Source: Podarcis filfolensis (lineage: Eukaryota). From it: a DNA stretch of 64,000 bases. The notes beneath the pieces were generated by a model. The model searched no databases. It saw nothing but the letters and a program-made list of their open reading frames with translations, and had not been told where the DNA came from. Shown here in pieces: positions 1 to 12,073 of the stretch. The stretch is from NCBI GenBank assembly GCA_964270895.1, contig OZ185437.1. One strand, written 5' to 3'. A program made the position numbers and the translations under genes. The stretch's first letter is position 1. Each line of letters opens with the position of its first letter.

Positions 1-229
1 CAATGATCTTAAGGAACACTCTAGTAGTCCCTGCAAAAGGGGGGAGGGAATAAATACTTGTATTCTGCATTATAATGACACACTGGAACCATGTCAACTT
101 CAAAAATAAACAGGAATGTCCTTAAGTATGAGTCCCACATTATCACATTTGTCCATTTCAGTGGATTTATCTGCCAGTTAAAGCACTTATAGCTTGTATC
201 CCTACAACAGCCTCTTAAAGGATGGGTTG

Positions 230-400
230 CCCAGGTGCCCACCACTGATAATGAACTGTACGCTCTAGACGTTACTGCAATTTTATTTTTGTGGGAGACA
301 ACGACGTGAAGACATGGCCTTTTTATTTGTATTATGTGTTATTCCTATGACCCGCTTTTATAAAACCCAATAAAAAGTTATTCAAAAACAAACAAACACA
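230..400 (+). mobile_element. Possible 3' end of an L1/Tx1-type LINE
   Basis: T-rich stretch, AATAAA and A-rich tail (caataaaaagttattcaaaaacaaacaaac). Family assignment is weak. Confidence 0.3.
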
Positions 401-3400
401 GTATTTCGTAAGGAACGACGGTAACAGGATAGATATGGATTGTGGTGAAAATTGTGTGTACAGTGCTTCCCAGCCCAGCAGTGGTAGGGAGTACACTGGA
501 TGCAAAAGTAAATGGGAGCGTGAACACCGAAATAGTCACCAGTCTTTGGCAGACTCTGTCACCTGTCTAGCACATTGGCTGTCAAGGACATAATCAAGCA
601 AAGCAGGTGGCTGAGAAAATAAAAATACAGCGGGAAAGCGGGAAAGTCTCGGGAGGGATGGGCAAACTAAATTGTGGTGCCAGATCATCATAATTGTTGC
701 CGTTAAAGGGAAGAGGCTTGTGCAGGGAAAGAGACGAAAGGGAAGAGGGCAATCAAATTTTTATTTATGAATAAAACATTTCTTCATTCATACTGCAGCA
801 AAAGGAGGACTTCCCATACCAATTTAGATGTTAGGTATTTGCTTTCAAGAAGAGGAGAGTCTCCTTAGTTGCCATTGCAGCTTCAGCGCTGCCTACAGTT
901 AGTTCTGCTCAACTATCATGTCTGATCATCTCTATTGCTTAGCTCTGAATCCTCAGGGGTCCATCACATGGTCCTGATTTTTACAGGGTGATCTGTTTTT
1001 AGCATTGATTCACTTTCCCGTTGAAATCAAGAGAGCTTGGAAGGTCTTGGCTGGATCATGTCCATTCTATGATGACCAGATGAAGGCTGTTGCTTGGTAC
1101 CTAAAGGACTTGGGTCACAGGCCCATGACATGAATCTGCATAATATCTGCATATGCTAATTTATGCATAGAGAAGTATCTGGGGAGTTAAGGTTGCAAGT
1201 GGCTGGGATCTCCCCAGCCTCTGCAGTTCACCCAGCTGCCCTATGAGCAGAGCTAAAGCAAACATGTTGTTCATAAAGGAAGGCAGGTCAGGAGATCTAG
1301 AGCTCACTGCAGAAGACCCAGGGCGTGGGGCCCCTTGGTCCACCACCTAGGAACACACCTGACCAGATGCAAAAGACAATCTGAAGGAATTGGACTTTCA
1401 ATCATTTTGTGTTTTTGTTGTTGGTTGTAAAATTTGGCCAATGTGTTTGCTTTTCTTTTAGAGGCTCTCCTGCAGACGAGGGTCAAAAGTTCACAGGGGG
1501 GTTAAAATGAGAAGTGGATGTCTTTCTGGAGATGTTTTGTACAAGGAAGTGTTGTACACAGGACAGTCAAAGTGTCATCCTAAGAATCTGGCAATTGGGG
1601 GGAAATAGAAACTTAAAGAGGAGTCAACACTTGAGTTTTGGCCACCATTTTGTTTGTGGCAGTTTTCCAAGAGTTGTTCATTTCCAGAGGGAAGTAGTCA
1701 TGTTAGTCTGTTGCCGCAAAACAAAGAAGAGTAGTATAACACCTTAAAAACTAACAAATAAGCTTTTGCAGATTACCATCCATCTTATATATCAGATCTA
1801 AGATGATAGACGGACTCTGTCAGGGGCAACCCTACTGTTAGGCACATTCAAGCAGCTGATTTTGGATAGCATGGAAGTACAGAAAATAGTTATTTAATTT
1901 ACTGCATTTTTACTGCAAGGGAAAGATGCTTGTGAGTTGTGGTTTTGTTTTGTTGCTTCACATGCCGAAATAACTTGAGCAGCCGTGGGTGCTAAGCACC
2001 GTGACTTGTGAGGAGGTGCAATTTGGTGTTCTGACTCAGACAGCAAAATGTCTTGGGCTGGCTCTGGACTCTGTCATGCATGGTGCAGATGAGACCATTT
2101 TAGCTTTCTGATTTGTGCTGACCACCTGGTTGGAAAGAGTCTGACCCAGCACAAAGCGCTCTTTGAGGCATCTGAAGGGTGATGTTAAGACAGGATGACA
2201 CAATAACTGGGAACAGTCTCTGGAAGACAACAGCCGAGAGGAACAATGCAGTGGTGGCTCCAATTAGGTTCGTTATGTAAGCTGCATGTTTTGCTGCTTA
2301 CGTGGTTTGGTTGAAATCTCACAATGGCATAATACCAATGTGTATACATAGGATAAATAAACAGCTTATCTGCATCTCTGTCTAGCTCCCCTTTTCATTC
2401 ACAGCGAGAAGCAGCAAGCTGGATAAAATATTAAAAAGCAAGGCCATTATAGTGTAGTGTTGTTTGAAATCCGAGATTTTTCCTTAAAACAAGGGATGAC
2501 CTTAGTGATTCGGCAGCCTCAACTAAGCACAATATCAATAAACTCTGAAAATCCAAATATATAGTAACGCCACACACAACCAGCTGCATTACATCTCAGG
2601 ATTTGATGGATCCTGCATATTCCTGGAAGGTAGATGTTTGGAGGCCATTGTCAGGCACTGAACAAATACTTCTGCGTTGGAAATGATTATTCTGCATGTG
2701 TACTTTTTCAGCAGGTTCTTCCTTGAGTTGCTGGCCTTGCGTAATCTCCTCAGGGGCCAGAACAATCCTGGCCCATGATGTACTAGTAACCAGGAACAAT
2801 TCTCAGTTAAGATCCTCTTATCCCTCCTCACTACAAACCAATTGCTCTGCTATAGGTTTTCCCTGAAAGCTGCAGTAATAAAGAGTTGAGTTTGTGGAAA
2901 AAGTCTGGTGTGTACTGCTGTTTCCCCATACACAATAATGGCCTCTCTCTTTTTATCCTTCGCAAGGATTTTTGTGGCAGAATTTTATTCTTCAGTGCAG
3001 CTATCAACCTTGTGGCTAGCTTCAGCCCATTTGTTCTTTGTCAATCAAACGATTGCTCCCTTCCCATTCACCAAGGGCGGAAAAGCAAGTGTGTTGGGTG
3101 TCTCTGTTTTCTTAATCAAACCGAGTGAGAGGTTGCTGCTGTTTTTAAAGTTCAAGTAGCTTTAAGGAAACAAAACTGGTGAATTGACCGCCTTCCCATT
3201 CCCTCCCTGCCACCATGGCTTCTCCCTTCCCTTCTCCTTCTTTCAGTCTCCTCAGAGTTGCCAGCTGCAGGATAACCTTCCTCACCATGATTCCAACTGT
3301 GGCAAATTGTCCTGAAATCATGTACGGTTTCATGATGTGAAAGGCGCAAGTGGGATTAGGGAGAGTTCTGAGCTTCTTGTAACACAAGGGCCCTGTTCTC

Positions 3401-3983
3401 ACAGCGAAGGCAGTTGCCTCCCTCCCTTTGTGGCTGCCAGCTGCCCAGTGTTACATCATTCTTTATGCTGCTCTGAGCTGATGAGGGTTGTCCTTTTTTT
3501 TTTTTTTTGATGGGTTTTTGTTTTGGAGGCTGTGGGTGTTTTTTTGCTCTCACTGTCCCCTCTCTCCCTAACTTGCATCTCAGAAACACCTATCAGTTTA
3601 AAGGGCAATAATATACAGTTGAAATCTTCCTGTTAACTCCAGTAGGGTGCTTAAAACTGTATTTCATTTTGCTCAGAAACAGAGGCACTGCACTGAGTTA
3701 CTGAGGTGTGGGAGCCAGATGGCCCTTCAGCTGCTATTAGAATCATCTTCCAATTGTTTTAAGGTACGGCGCTTTACACATGGCTACCTGCCTACAAATG
3801 TATGCCTGGAAGAGCTGGTTGACATCAAGGTGGTATTGCACTTTCATCGTTTATTTTTACGTAGAACATCTGAACACGTTTTAGTTCCTGCACTCTTGGC
3901 CTGGAAAATAGAAGCTGCTGGGTCTCACATACAGGAGTCTAGGTGCACTCATGTATACATGCACAAGCTCCATGAAAATGCCA

Positions 3984-4070
3984 GCCTGGGATAGCTCAGC
4001 TGGTAGAGCATGAGACGACCATGCTCATGGATTAATTTCAGGATCATGGGTTTGATTCCCATGATGGGCA
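3984..4070 (+). mobile_element. tRNA(Lys)-derived SINE head, decayed
   Basis: gcctgggatagctcagctggtagagcatgagac...ggtttgattccc...gggc: A-box and degenerate B-box with an internal insertion. Confidence 0.55.
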
Positions 4071-4257
4071 AAATGGACAGAGGAACACTGTACGTTCCTT
4101 CTGCTGACCTTGCCAGCTTGAGACCACCAGGGTGTACAAGATGGCTGAACCACTTTCAGATTTTGCCTCCTGCACCCCCACTTTAGGACTGAAGCTTTAG
4201 TGCACAGTTCTCATATAGAGAACATAAACAACATGATATGGTATTGGCTATGTAAAA

Positions 4258-4398
4258 CTGGGGTGCGGATCATTTGGCACTCAAGATGTGGCATGATTTC
4301 AACACACATTGGCTCCAGCCAGCATAACAAAGGGTCTCAAAGGATGATGGGAGTTGTAGTCTAACAATATCTGGAAGGCCAAAGGTTCGCCATCCATG
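4258..4398. mobile_element. ~135-bp hAT-type MITE, decayed
   Basis: Shares the gatgatgggagttgtagtc...atctggaaggcc..aggtt motif with the intact copy at 41059-41194. Confidence 0.55.
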
Positions 4399-4482
4399 AT
4401 ACAAACAGAAGCATGTAGTCTTAAAATGCCTAAATAAAGTGCTTAAAAAATCGGTAAAATGTAAAAACTCATTTATTACTGC

Positions 4483-4648
4483 ATAAGCTTTTGTGGACTA
4501 CTGTCTGTTTCATCAGATGCTTCTCATGAAATGGATTCTAGTCCACAAAAACTTGTGTTGTAATAATAACGTTCTTAATCTTTAAGGTGTCACAGGAATC
4601 TTTGTTGTATTTTGTGCAACAGACTGAGATGGCTTCCCCTCTGGAAAT
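4483..4648. mobile_element. Penelope-like pLTR remnant (inverted pair) with degenerate hammerhead motifs
   Basis: taagcttttgtggacta...tttcatcagatgc then catgaaatggattctagtccacaaaaactt...tttaaggtgtcacagga.tctttgttg...gcaacagact..atggct.cccctctggaa. This is the typical reptile Penelope terminal sequence. Confidence 0.65.
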
Positions 4649-6044
4649 GAATAAAGAGTGTGATTTTAATCACACAAGTGTATGAAATGAAAGCTAGGCT
4701 CTCGTAGTGACACTTATTAACCTGCTCATAAATTTGTAATATGCCTTTTTCATTCAAAGTGATAATCTCACTGTCTCAATTTATGGGTTTTGCACTGTTC
4801 CCATCATTATACCCTATAGGCATCAGGGTTTATATGCTTGGATAATTTGAAGAAAAGTGTGTGTTTGGTAGCCGAGTAGGGAGGGGACGGGCCAAGGAGA
4901 GTTTATCAATGTTTGCTTGGGGGCTGAATCCTCAATTGGATATATATTTTTTAATCCCAGAGATGCTATTCCTCTCGTTCCTCCACCACAAACAGACTTA
5001 GAGATGTAATGGTTGTATGTGTGTATCACATTTTAAACAATCATGTGCATATTTCAGCTCCAGGAACTGTGAACTTCATGTATTCATGTGAGCAATTATA
5101 CAATTTCAATGTAAAACATATTTGTTGGGCATGGAGACAAGTGACTAAAAATACTAATCGTCACCATCAAAAAATGCTATTATTCCCATTTCCTGGGTGC
5201 CAATAGTTATATAGTCAAAACAGCACCATCTATTAGCCAGTGAAAAGGCTCCGAAAAGTTTTTTTTTAAGGGGGAAATTTCTCTGGACTGGCAAACAGTC
5301 CTAATATAGCCCAGTGAAAACTGAACATGTTCAATACAGAATGCTGACTGACTTGGGGTGGGGGGAGAGGAATGATGGATAACCAGGGGGAGGGCAAGAA
5401 GAATGGAGTGGAAGAGAACTCCACACTGCTTGCAACACTTTGATATAGATCCCACTTACTATATTAATAAATAAAAGCATGCACATGCTGAGTGCTATAA
5501 CGACATTTAGAACATAGCATACTAACCACAAATGGTAGGATAATGACCAAGTCTGTGCTGGAGTCTGAATACTTCATTAACAGCTTACACATCTTGTCTG
5601 AGTGATTATAATTTCCACTGTCCCAAAAACAACGCAAGCACATGAACAAAATTGCTACCAGCCATCTTTCTCTCTGTGGCCGACTGTAATGTGTGTGAGA
5701 GTTCAGACTGAAAGGGTGTTGGGCTTAGACTGGAAGAGCTGACCACAGATACACTAAAAGAGCTTCTACAGTAGAACCGTAGGGTGGAATTCATTTATTT
5801 AGGGTGGAATCGATTTATTTCTGTGAGCCATTTACATGAACTCATTATACCATGGTCCTGTGTTTTCTCTCTCTCTTCTCCTTCCATCTTTTTTCAATCT
5901 GCAGGAAACACAACTTTGTTAAAAAAAGAAGAATGGAACAGTAATGTAATCTCCCTTGGGTGTGGAGAGTTCCTAGTTCTACTTTTCCATCTTTTAAAAG
6001 AGCCGTGGTTTCCATGTGCTTTTGACTTGGAGATAATGGATCTT

Positions 6045-6245
6045 GTTTCCAGTCCCTTTCCTAGTAATCTCTAGCATGGAATTTTCATTGCTGTTGCACT
6101 ATGAATGGACACATTCATTGTTCTTTCCGCCATGGCCCCAAGACTGTTTAGTCATCGGCAGATCCCATTATTGTGCATGTCAGTTTTGGAAGTATTGCTC
6201 CAATGTGTGCATGACTTTACATTTGCTTGCCTTGGATCTTATTCC
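6045..6245 (-). mobile_element. Old CR1 ORF2 fragment
   Basis: Resembles antisense CR1 RT C-terminal region (ccccaagact..., tgtgcatgactttacatttgctt). Confidence 0.5.
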
Positions 6246-6335
6246 ACGGAACATACTGGGAACTAAAGTTTCGTTGCCAGTCCACCTCCCCTTCAGCATA
6301 TACATACCCCTGCAGTTCTTAGGGTTAACCGAAGA

Positions 6336-6394
6336 AGGGTTGGACTAGCTGACCCTCAGCGTCCCTTCCAACTCTACAATTCTCTGATTCTATG
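6336..6394 (+). mobile_element. CR1 extreme 3' end
   Basis: gggttggactagctgaccc...gtcccttccaactctacaattctctgattctatg, the canonical CR1 tail with ATTCTRTG repeats. Confidence 0.8.
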
Positions 6395-6414
6395 CCCTTC
6401 ATGTATTGCCTGAA

Positions 6415-6710
6415 TTTTATTATTATTATTCATAAAATTTATATACTGCTCTTCATCGCAAGATCTTAGGGTGGTTCACAGATTAAAATACAATATAAAA
6501 GCACAAGTAAATAATTAAAACCAAAACGACAAAACAATACTGCCCCTTCCCACAGACACATTTAATAGACTGTAGAATATTAATCAGCCAAAGGCTTGGT
6601 TGAAGAGGAACGTTATTTCGCCAGGTGCCCAAAAACACGTAATGAAGGTGCCAGACTAACCTCCCTGGGGAAGGCATTCCACAAACAGGGAGTTGCTGCA
6701 GAAAGACTGG
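6415..6710 (-). mobile_element. L2-type LINE 3' end
   Basis: (TTA)n tail, then ...gggtggttcacag...aaggtgccagac...ggggaaggcattccacaa. A short tail of the same family is at ~14465-14545. Confidence 0.65.
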
Positions 6711-7189
6711 TTCATGAATTTGGACAGAAAATTTAAGATTCACAGGTGTAGACATTCTCGTTCAAATCTGCACACTGAAAAATTGGATTCTCAGTGAGCT
6801 AATAGCCCCATATCGATGTGCCCTAAGTACACTGCTTTGTATCAGAATGCATTTCTTGAAATAACATTGTAGTTCTATCATTAAAGTCACTCCAATGTAC
6901 TTATGAGCCTGAAAATTCATTTCACAGTTGTGCCCAAGAAAGCAAATAAACTGTGTTGTTAAATGGCACCTCATCAAATCCAATGTCATTATTTACTAAT
7001 TAACCCACTGGTGGAACTCAGACTTTCACTTGCGCAAAAATGTGCCAACTTCCCCCTCACCCCTTTTTATGATATTTTCCCAAGGAAAATGGTGGGGTAG
7101 GCCTTCCGGCAGAAATATTCTCCTCTGGGATTCATAAACCTGTTCACTTTACACTAAAAAGATTATGAACCATTTCATTAGATTAACAT

Positions 7190-7202
7190 TCTCTCTCTCT
7201 CT

Positions 7203-7239
<37 letters not shown>
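7190..7239. repeat. Compound (CT)n/(CA)n microsatellite
   Basis: Directly visible. Confidence 0.95.
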
Positions 7240-7242
<3 letters not shown>

Positions 7243-8254
7243 GTGAAAACCTATTCAATATAAAGCTCGCAGTTTTAACAATTGGGATTTTTCAGAGAAA
7301 GTCCCGCATCATTTATTTGGAGTTTCAGAAACATTACATAATAATTAGGCAGGGAATCCCTGAAGAAAATTCAAAGTCAGCAAAATAGAACAAAGGGAAC
7401 AAAGGTGGAGGAGTGAAAGCAAACAGAATAATGGATCAGAGAAATTACAGCTATTTTGTGCTTTAAATGGGAGAATGCTTATGAAAAGAAGGCTCTGAAG
7501 ATGTATTTTACACATATTAAGGAGCAACAAGAACGCTCGCATTCCCAGATATGTAGAAACAAAGCTATAAAGTTGCTAATTTGACCAGAATCTAAAGAGG
7601 AAATGAAGAGATTTGTCAGCAGGGACGGTGTTCCAATGGACAAATAGTTCCCATCGTCTCCGATCAAGGATAGGAAACCTGTGGCACTCCAGATGTTGTC
7701 AACATGAGCCCCATCAGCATGGCCAACAGTCAAGAGCTGATGGAAGTTGTATCATGGCAACACATGGGCACCTTTGGGCTCATGGTAGCCTCTTGGAATA
7801 CCTGAATGTGTTGGCACTTTGCCTGTGACCCTTCTGACACATTCTGCAACTACATACAAGATTATCAATTCCTCTTCACAGACAACATCAAGGAGAGGAA
7901 GAGGAAGTCTCCTAACAACTCTCTGTCCCCTTAACAAATTGCAGCTCCCAGAATTCTTGGGGGGGGGGAGCCATGACTGCTTAGAGCTTTAAATGTATGG
8001 CGTGAATGTGGCCCAGGTCAGCACACACTGGAATTCACAGAAATCAAATTCCCCAAGCAAACCTCCTTCACCTGATTCAGTCTTTCCTCCAACTTCAGTG
8101 CCTCCCTGAGTGTTTCCACCCATGCGAGCCTTGTGCTGAGGAGGAACCAGTTAGTCTCTGTGGTGGGAAACAAGCTGGACAGATGGGTGACTCTACGGGA
8201 AGAAGGCACCTCTGCACAGACAGAAAGACGTGCCCATCTGTTGATGTGAGTGAA

Positions 8255-8855
8255 GATGCAGAGTTGCTCTATACACAATAAATATGAGAAGTGGGGTCAT
8301 GGCAATGCCATATACAATTGCTCACAATTGTGTACGGAGATGAAGCAGTAACTCAAAAAACAGTGTATGAGTGGTTTAAGCATCTCCATGAAGGGTGGCA
8401 AACCATCGAAGATGACCCTCAGTCTGGCAGACCGCCGACGAGCAGAATGGCGGCAAATGTCAACAGAGTTCGTGAGTTATTGATGAGGGATTGGCATTTG
8501 TCTGTCCAAATGATGGCAGAAGAATTGCATATTCCACGTGAAATCATTACTGAGGTTACTGAGTTGTCCCACCCTCCATATTCTCCTGATCTGGCCCCAC
8601 TGGATTTCTTCTTCTTTCCAAAACAAAATCTGCACTGAAAAGGCACAGATTTTCCAACATTTCACACGTCTAAGTTGCTGTGACGAGGGAACTGAAAGCA
8701 GTACGAAAAGAGGACTTCTCCAGAAATTTCCAACAGTTCTATGAAAGTTGTTAATGGTGCATTGTATCAGTGGGGGCCAACTTTGACGGCCTGTAAGGCA
8801 TGTATGTAGATATATTCCAGAAGACTTTTATGCTCTTTTGCACAGCCATTGCAAG
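8255..8855 (+). mobile_element. Internally deleted mariner transposon remnant
   Basis: ORF 8291-8638 has the mariner HTH region (YGDEA...VYEWFK...EDDPQSGRP...AEEL.I) fused to the C-terminal HPPYSPDLAP.DF motif. WVPHEL and the first two catalytic Asp segments are absent. TIRs not confidently found. Confidence 0.85.
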
Positions 8856-8977
8856 CCAAAAATAAAGCTCTGTTTAAACATGCACATACTTATTCACAAC
8901 ATCAGCATTTCCATTATGAAAAAGTTTGTGCTACATAGGGTGTAAAGAATAGGAAAATAAATTAATACAATCCCCCA

Positions 8978-8978
<1 letters not shown>

Positions 8979-9021
<43 letters not shown>
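8979..9021. repeat. (GTT)n microsatellite
   Basis: Directly visible. Confidence 0.95.
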
Positions 9022-9944
9022 TAAAGAAACACTCCAGTGACAAATTGAGGTCCCTTATTTTGAGCAATGAACATAAAGTTGTTTGGATGATATTCATCGT
9101 TCTGGCCACTGGAAGACGTCATGCAGCATCAGTATTGTCAACTTTGTGGAAAGAAGAAATATGAAATAAATCAAGGGCCCTTCATCATTGAAATCCAACA
9201 ACAAAAGCCAAAGCAGGCCTCTTTGTGTACTTCTTCCCAGAGTCCCTGTTGGTTTGCTGAATGAATGTTGTAAAACAAACTTCATGGGTGAAGCATTTCA
9301 TAGAGAGAAGATTAATTTCATGCCTTCCCTCGACCGCCTATGATTTGCTTTCAGAGCTGTCAGGAAGATAAGCGTTCCCAGCGAGTTCAGTCCTGATCTT
9401 TATTTAACATAAAATTTCAGAAACCTAAAAATAATAATAAAAATAAATAAATGCACTAAAGAGCCAAATACAAACCAGCAGTGTTTGAAGTAGGCTACCA
9501 AATGGCATTAATTATAATATTGAAAACAGGGATTAAGAAACATGGAGCTGAACAGGGCAGGCATATGCTGGGCTATTGACCTATTCCATATGTGGCTGCT
9601 ATTGTTCAGCACCACTATATTTTAACCTGCTGGCTGCTTGCCAGCTATTTCTTCTTTCTTCCTCTGCACAATTTCTGAGATGATGATCGTCTAAAATCTG
9701 GCATTTACACATGAATTGTACAAAGTGGTGCCTATGCGACTGGGGGTGCTAAATTGTGTGTGCGTGTTTCAGCTAGCCATAAATAAAACCGACTCTGATT
9801 ATTAGCTTGAGCGGTGCTGGAGTGATAATGGGAGTCTATTTATTACAACAAATATTAAGCCCCAGCCGGTGGGAGAGAGCTGACTTAACTCCTAAAGGGA
9901 TGGCTTTGATTTGCCCAATGATAACTGAGGATTTGGTGGAGGGA

Positions 9945-10125
9945 TCAGAGCTCAGGGGAAAAAGCAGCTGCTTCGCATGCAGAAGGACCCCCCCCCCCCC
10001 GTCCAATCCCTGGCAACTCCAGTTAAAAAGAGGAAGAAGATCAGGTAGCGGCTGCTTTTGAGGCAGGGAGAGCCACAACCAGTCAGAATAGTCAATACTC
10101 AGCTGGATGAGCAAATAGCCTGACC
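9945..10125 (+). mobile_element. tRNA-derived SINE with CR1-type tail, decayed
   Basis: agctcaggggaaaaagcagctgcttcgcatgcagaagg...tccaatccctggcaactccag...agtcagaatagtcaatact...ataaaacagcttc. Same family as 12188-12368. Confidence 0.6.
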
Positions 10126-10249
10126 TGCTATAAAACAGCTTCTGCTGTTATCTTCTATACCCCGGTGGGCAGAAGATAGATCAAATGTTTAACTCATACC
10201 CTCTAACATTTGTCTGATGAAACTAGGGATGGTCTATTCAAGAATAATA

Positions 10250-10600
10250 GGGATGCGGGTGGCGCTGTGGGTTAAACCACAGAGCCTAGGACCTGCTGAT
10301 CAGAAGGTCGGTGGTTCAAATCCCCGCGACGGGATGAGCTCCCGTTGCTCGGTCCCTGCTCCTGCCAACCTAGCAGTTCAAAAGAACGTCAAAGTGCAAG
10401 TAGATAAATAGGTACCGCTCCGGCGGGAAGGTAAACAGCATTTCCGTGCGCTGCTCTGGTCACCAGAAGTAGCTTAGTCATGCTGGCCACATGACCCAGA
10501 AGCTGTACGCTGGCTCCCTCGGCCAGTAAAGCGAGATGAGCGCTGAAACGCCAGAGTCGACCACAACTGGACTTAATGGTCAGGGGTCCCTTTACCTTTA
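10250..10600 (+). mobile_element. Sauria SINE, full length
   Basis: gggatgcgggtggcgctg head, tail ggggtccctttaccttta. TSD ttcaagaataata (10237-10249) / ttcaataataata (10601-10613). Confidence 0.92.
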
Positions 10601-10606
10601 TTCAAT

Positions 10607-10795
10607 AATAATAATAGTTGTTGTTGTTGCTGCTGCTGCTGTTGTTATTGTTATACCCCACCCATCAAACTGGGTTGCCCCAACAAATATAAAAACATAA
10701 TAAAACATTAAACATTTTAAAACTTCACTATACAGGGCTGCCTTCAGATATCTTCTAAAGGTTGTATAGTTGCTTATCTCCTTGGCTCAGGGGTT
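10607..10795 (-). mobile_element. L2 3' end
   Basis: ataccccacccat...gggctgccttcagat.tcttctaaa. Same family as 53575-53930. Confidence 0.7.
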
Positions 10796-10804
10796 GTACA
10801 ACTC

Positions 10805-10935
10805 TAGACCTTTCAACATTTCTCCCATGAAAACAGGAATGTCCTAAGGATCATGTCCTTACAGGATCAAATCAGAAACCGGGCTTCTGCAAATCTGGAA
10901 CTGTCCCTGGAAAATAGGGACACTTGGAGGGTCTG
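10805..10935. mobile_element. Short MITE (DNA transposon derivative)
   Basis: Imperfect TIR tagacctttcaa / ttggagggtctg, with internal gtccctggaaaatagggac. Confidence 0.45.
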
Positions 10936-12073
10936 TTATCTTAACAAAGGGACTGGTTTGACCAGTTCAGCGGATCCCTTCTACCACAACTGCACAGATA
11001 CAGAATCACAGGCTTGGTTGGGATCTACAGGCATCATCTAAATCAATCCCGCAATCCTATAAAAATACATTATCTTAGCTACCTTGTAAGGATTTCTTTT
11101 CCCCTTGTTGCAGCTAGGATGCTAAGGCTAACAAAACATTAGCTTGCCTCAAGATGCTAATCTAGTGAGCTTGTAAAATACAAACCAAGGACTTCACAGC
11201 TCACACAATTAGCCACCACCATTTTAATCCGTAAGCTGCGTTGAGTCTCTGTCAGAGAAAGAGGCAAGGTATGAATAAATATATAACAACAACAACAAGA
11301 AGAAGTCAATTGCAACCCCCACTTATGGTGGCAGAGCAGGCAGTCACCAAACCAACAAGACTTCTTTCCCTGTGTGACGGATATCTTCCTGCATTATCAA
11401 AACATATCGTTTGGCCCAGTGAAGGACTATAGTAAGTTGCACGCACCCTGTGACAGTACTCATGTTAAATCTGCAATGAACTGCTCCGAGTCTCACAGTC
11501 ATGGCAAAATAAGCCACCTTAAAGATCTCCGGCTTGCCCATCTTTATATGACTGCAAATGGGGCACTAAGGTGGTGGTAAAACCCTGGGCACTGCTGAAG
11601 GTAAATGCAGAGCATGGCTGTGATTATCAAAGACCTGCCAGAAAATGAATAGGAGCATTGTGTGTCAGCTGCTGCTGCCATAAACCAAGGCTACAATCAG
11701 TAATAGCCCAACGAGGCACTTTTGTAGATAGCAGTGCTTTAATTGCTAGCTCAGTTGGTGGCTTCAGTGCAAATGCCCGTTTCTTTTGTGCTCCTCCTTT
11801 AAGAAGGAACCCCCCCCCCATTCTGTTCATAATAAGAGGAGGGAGGAAAAAAAGAGAGAGAATGCTTAATAAGGAAGCCAATTGAGAGGTGTGGGTGTGG
11901 GTGGGTGCAAATGCAGATTAGCCTGGAGGCCAAAATGCTCATGAGTGAATCCAGGCTCTGTAAAATGAATGGGGCAGCTCTCCCTCCTGTCCCATAATGT
12001 GAGAGCATTGAGCATATGATGCTGCCTTCTACACAAGTAGATCGTTGGCCTACCTGGCCCAGGGCTCTAAACT

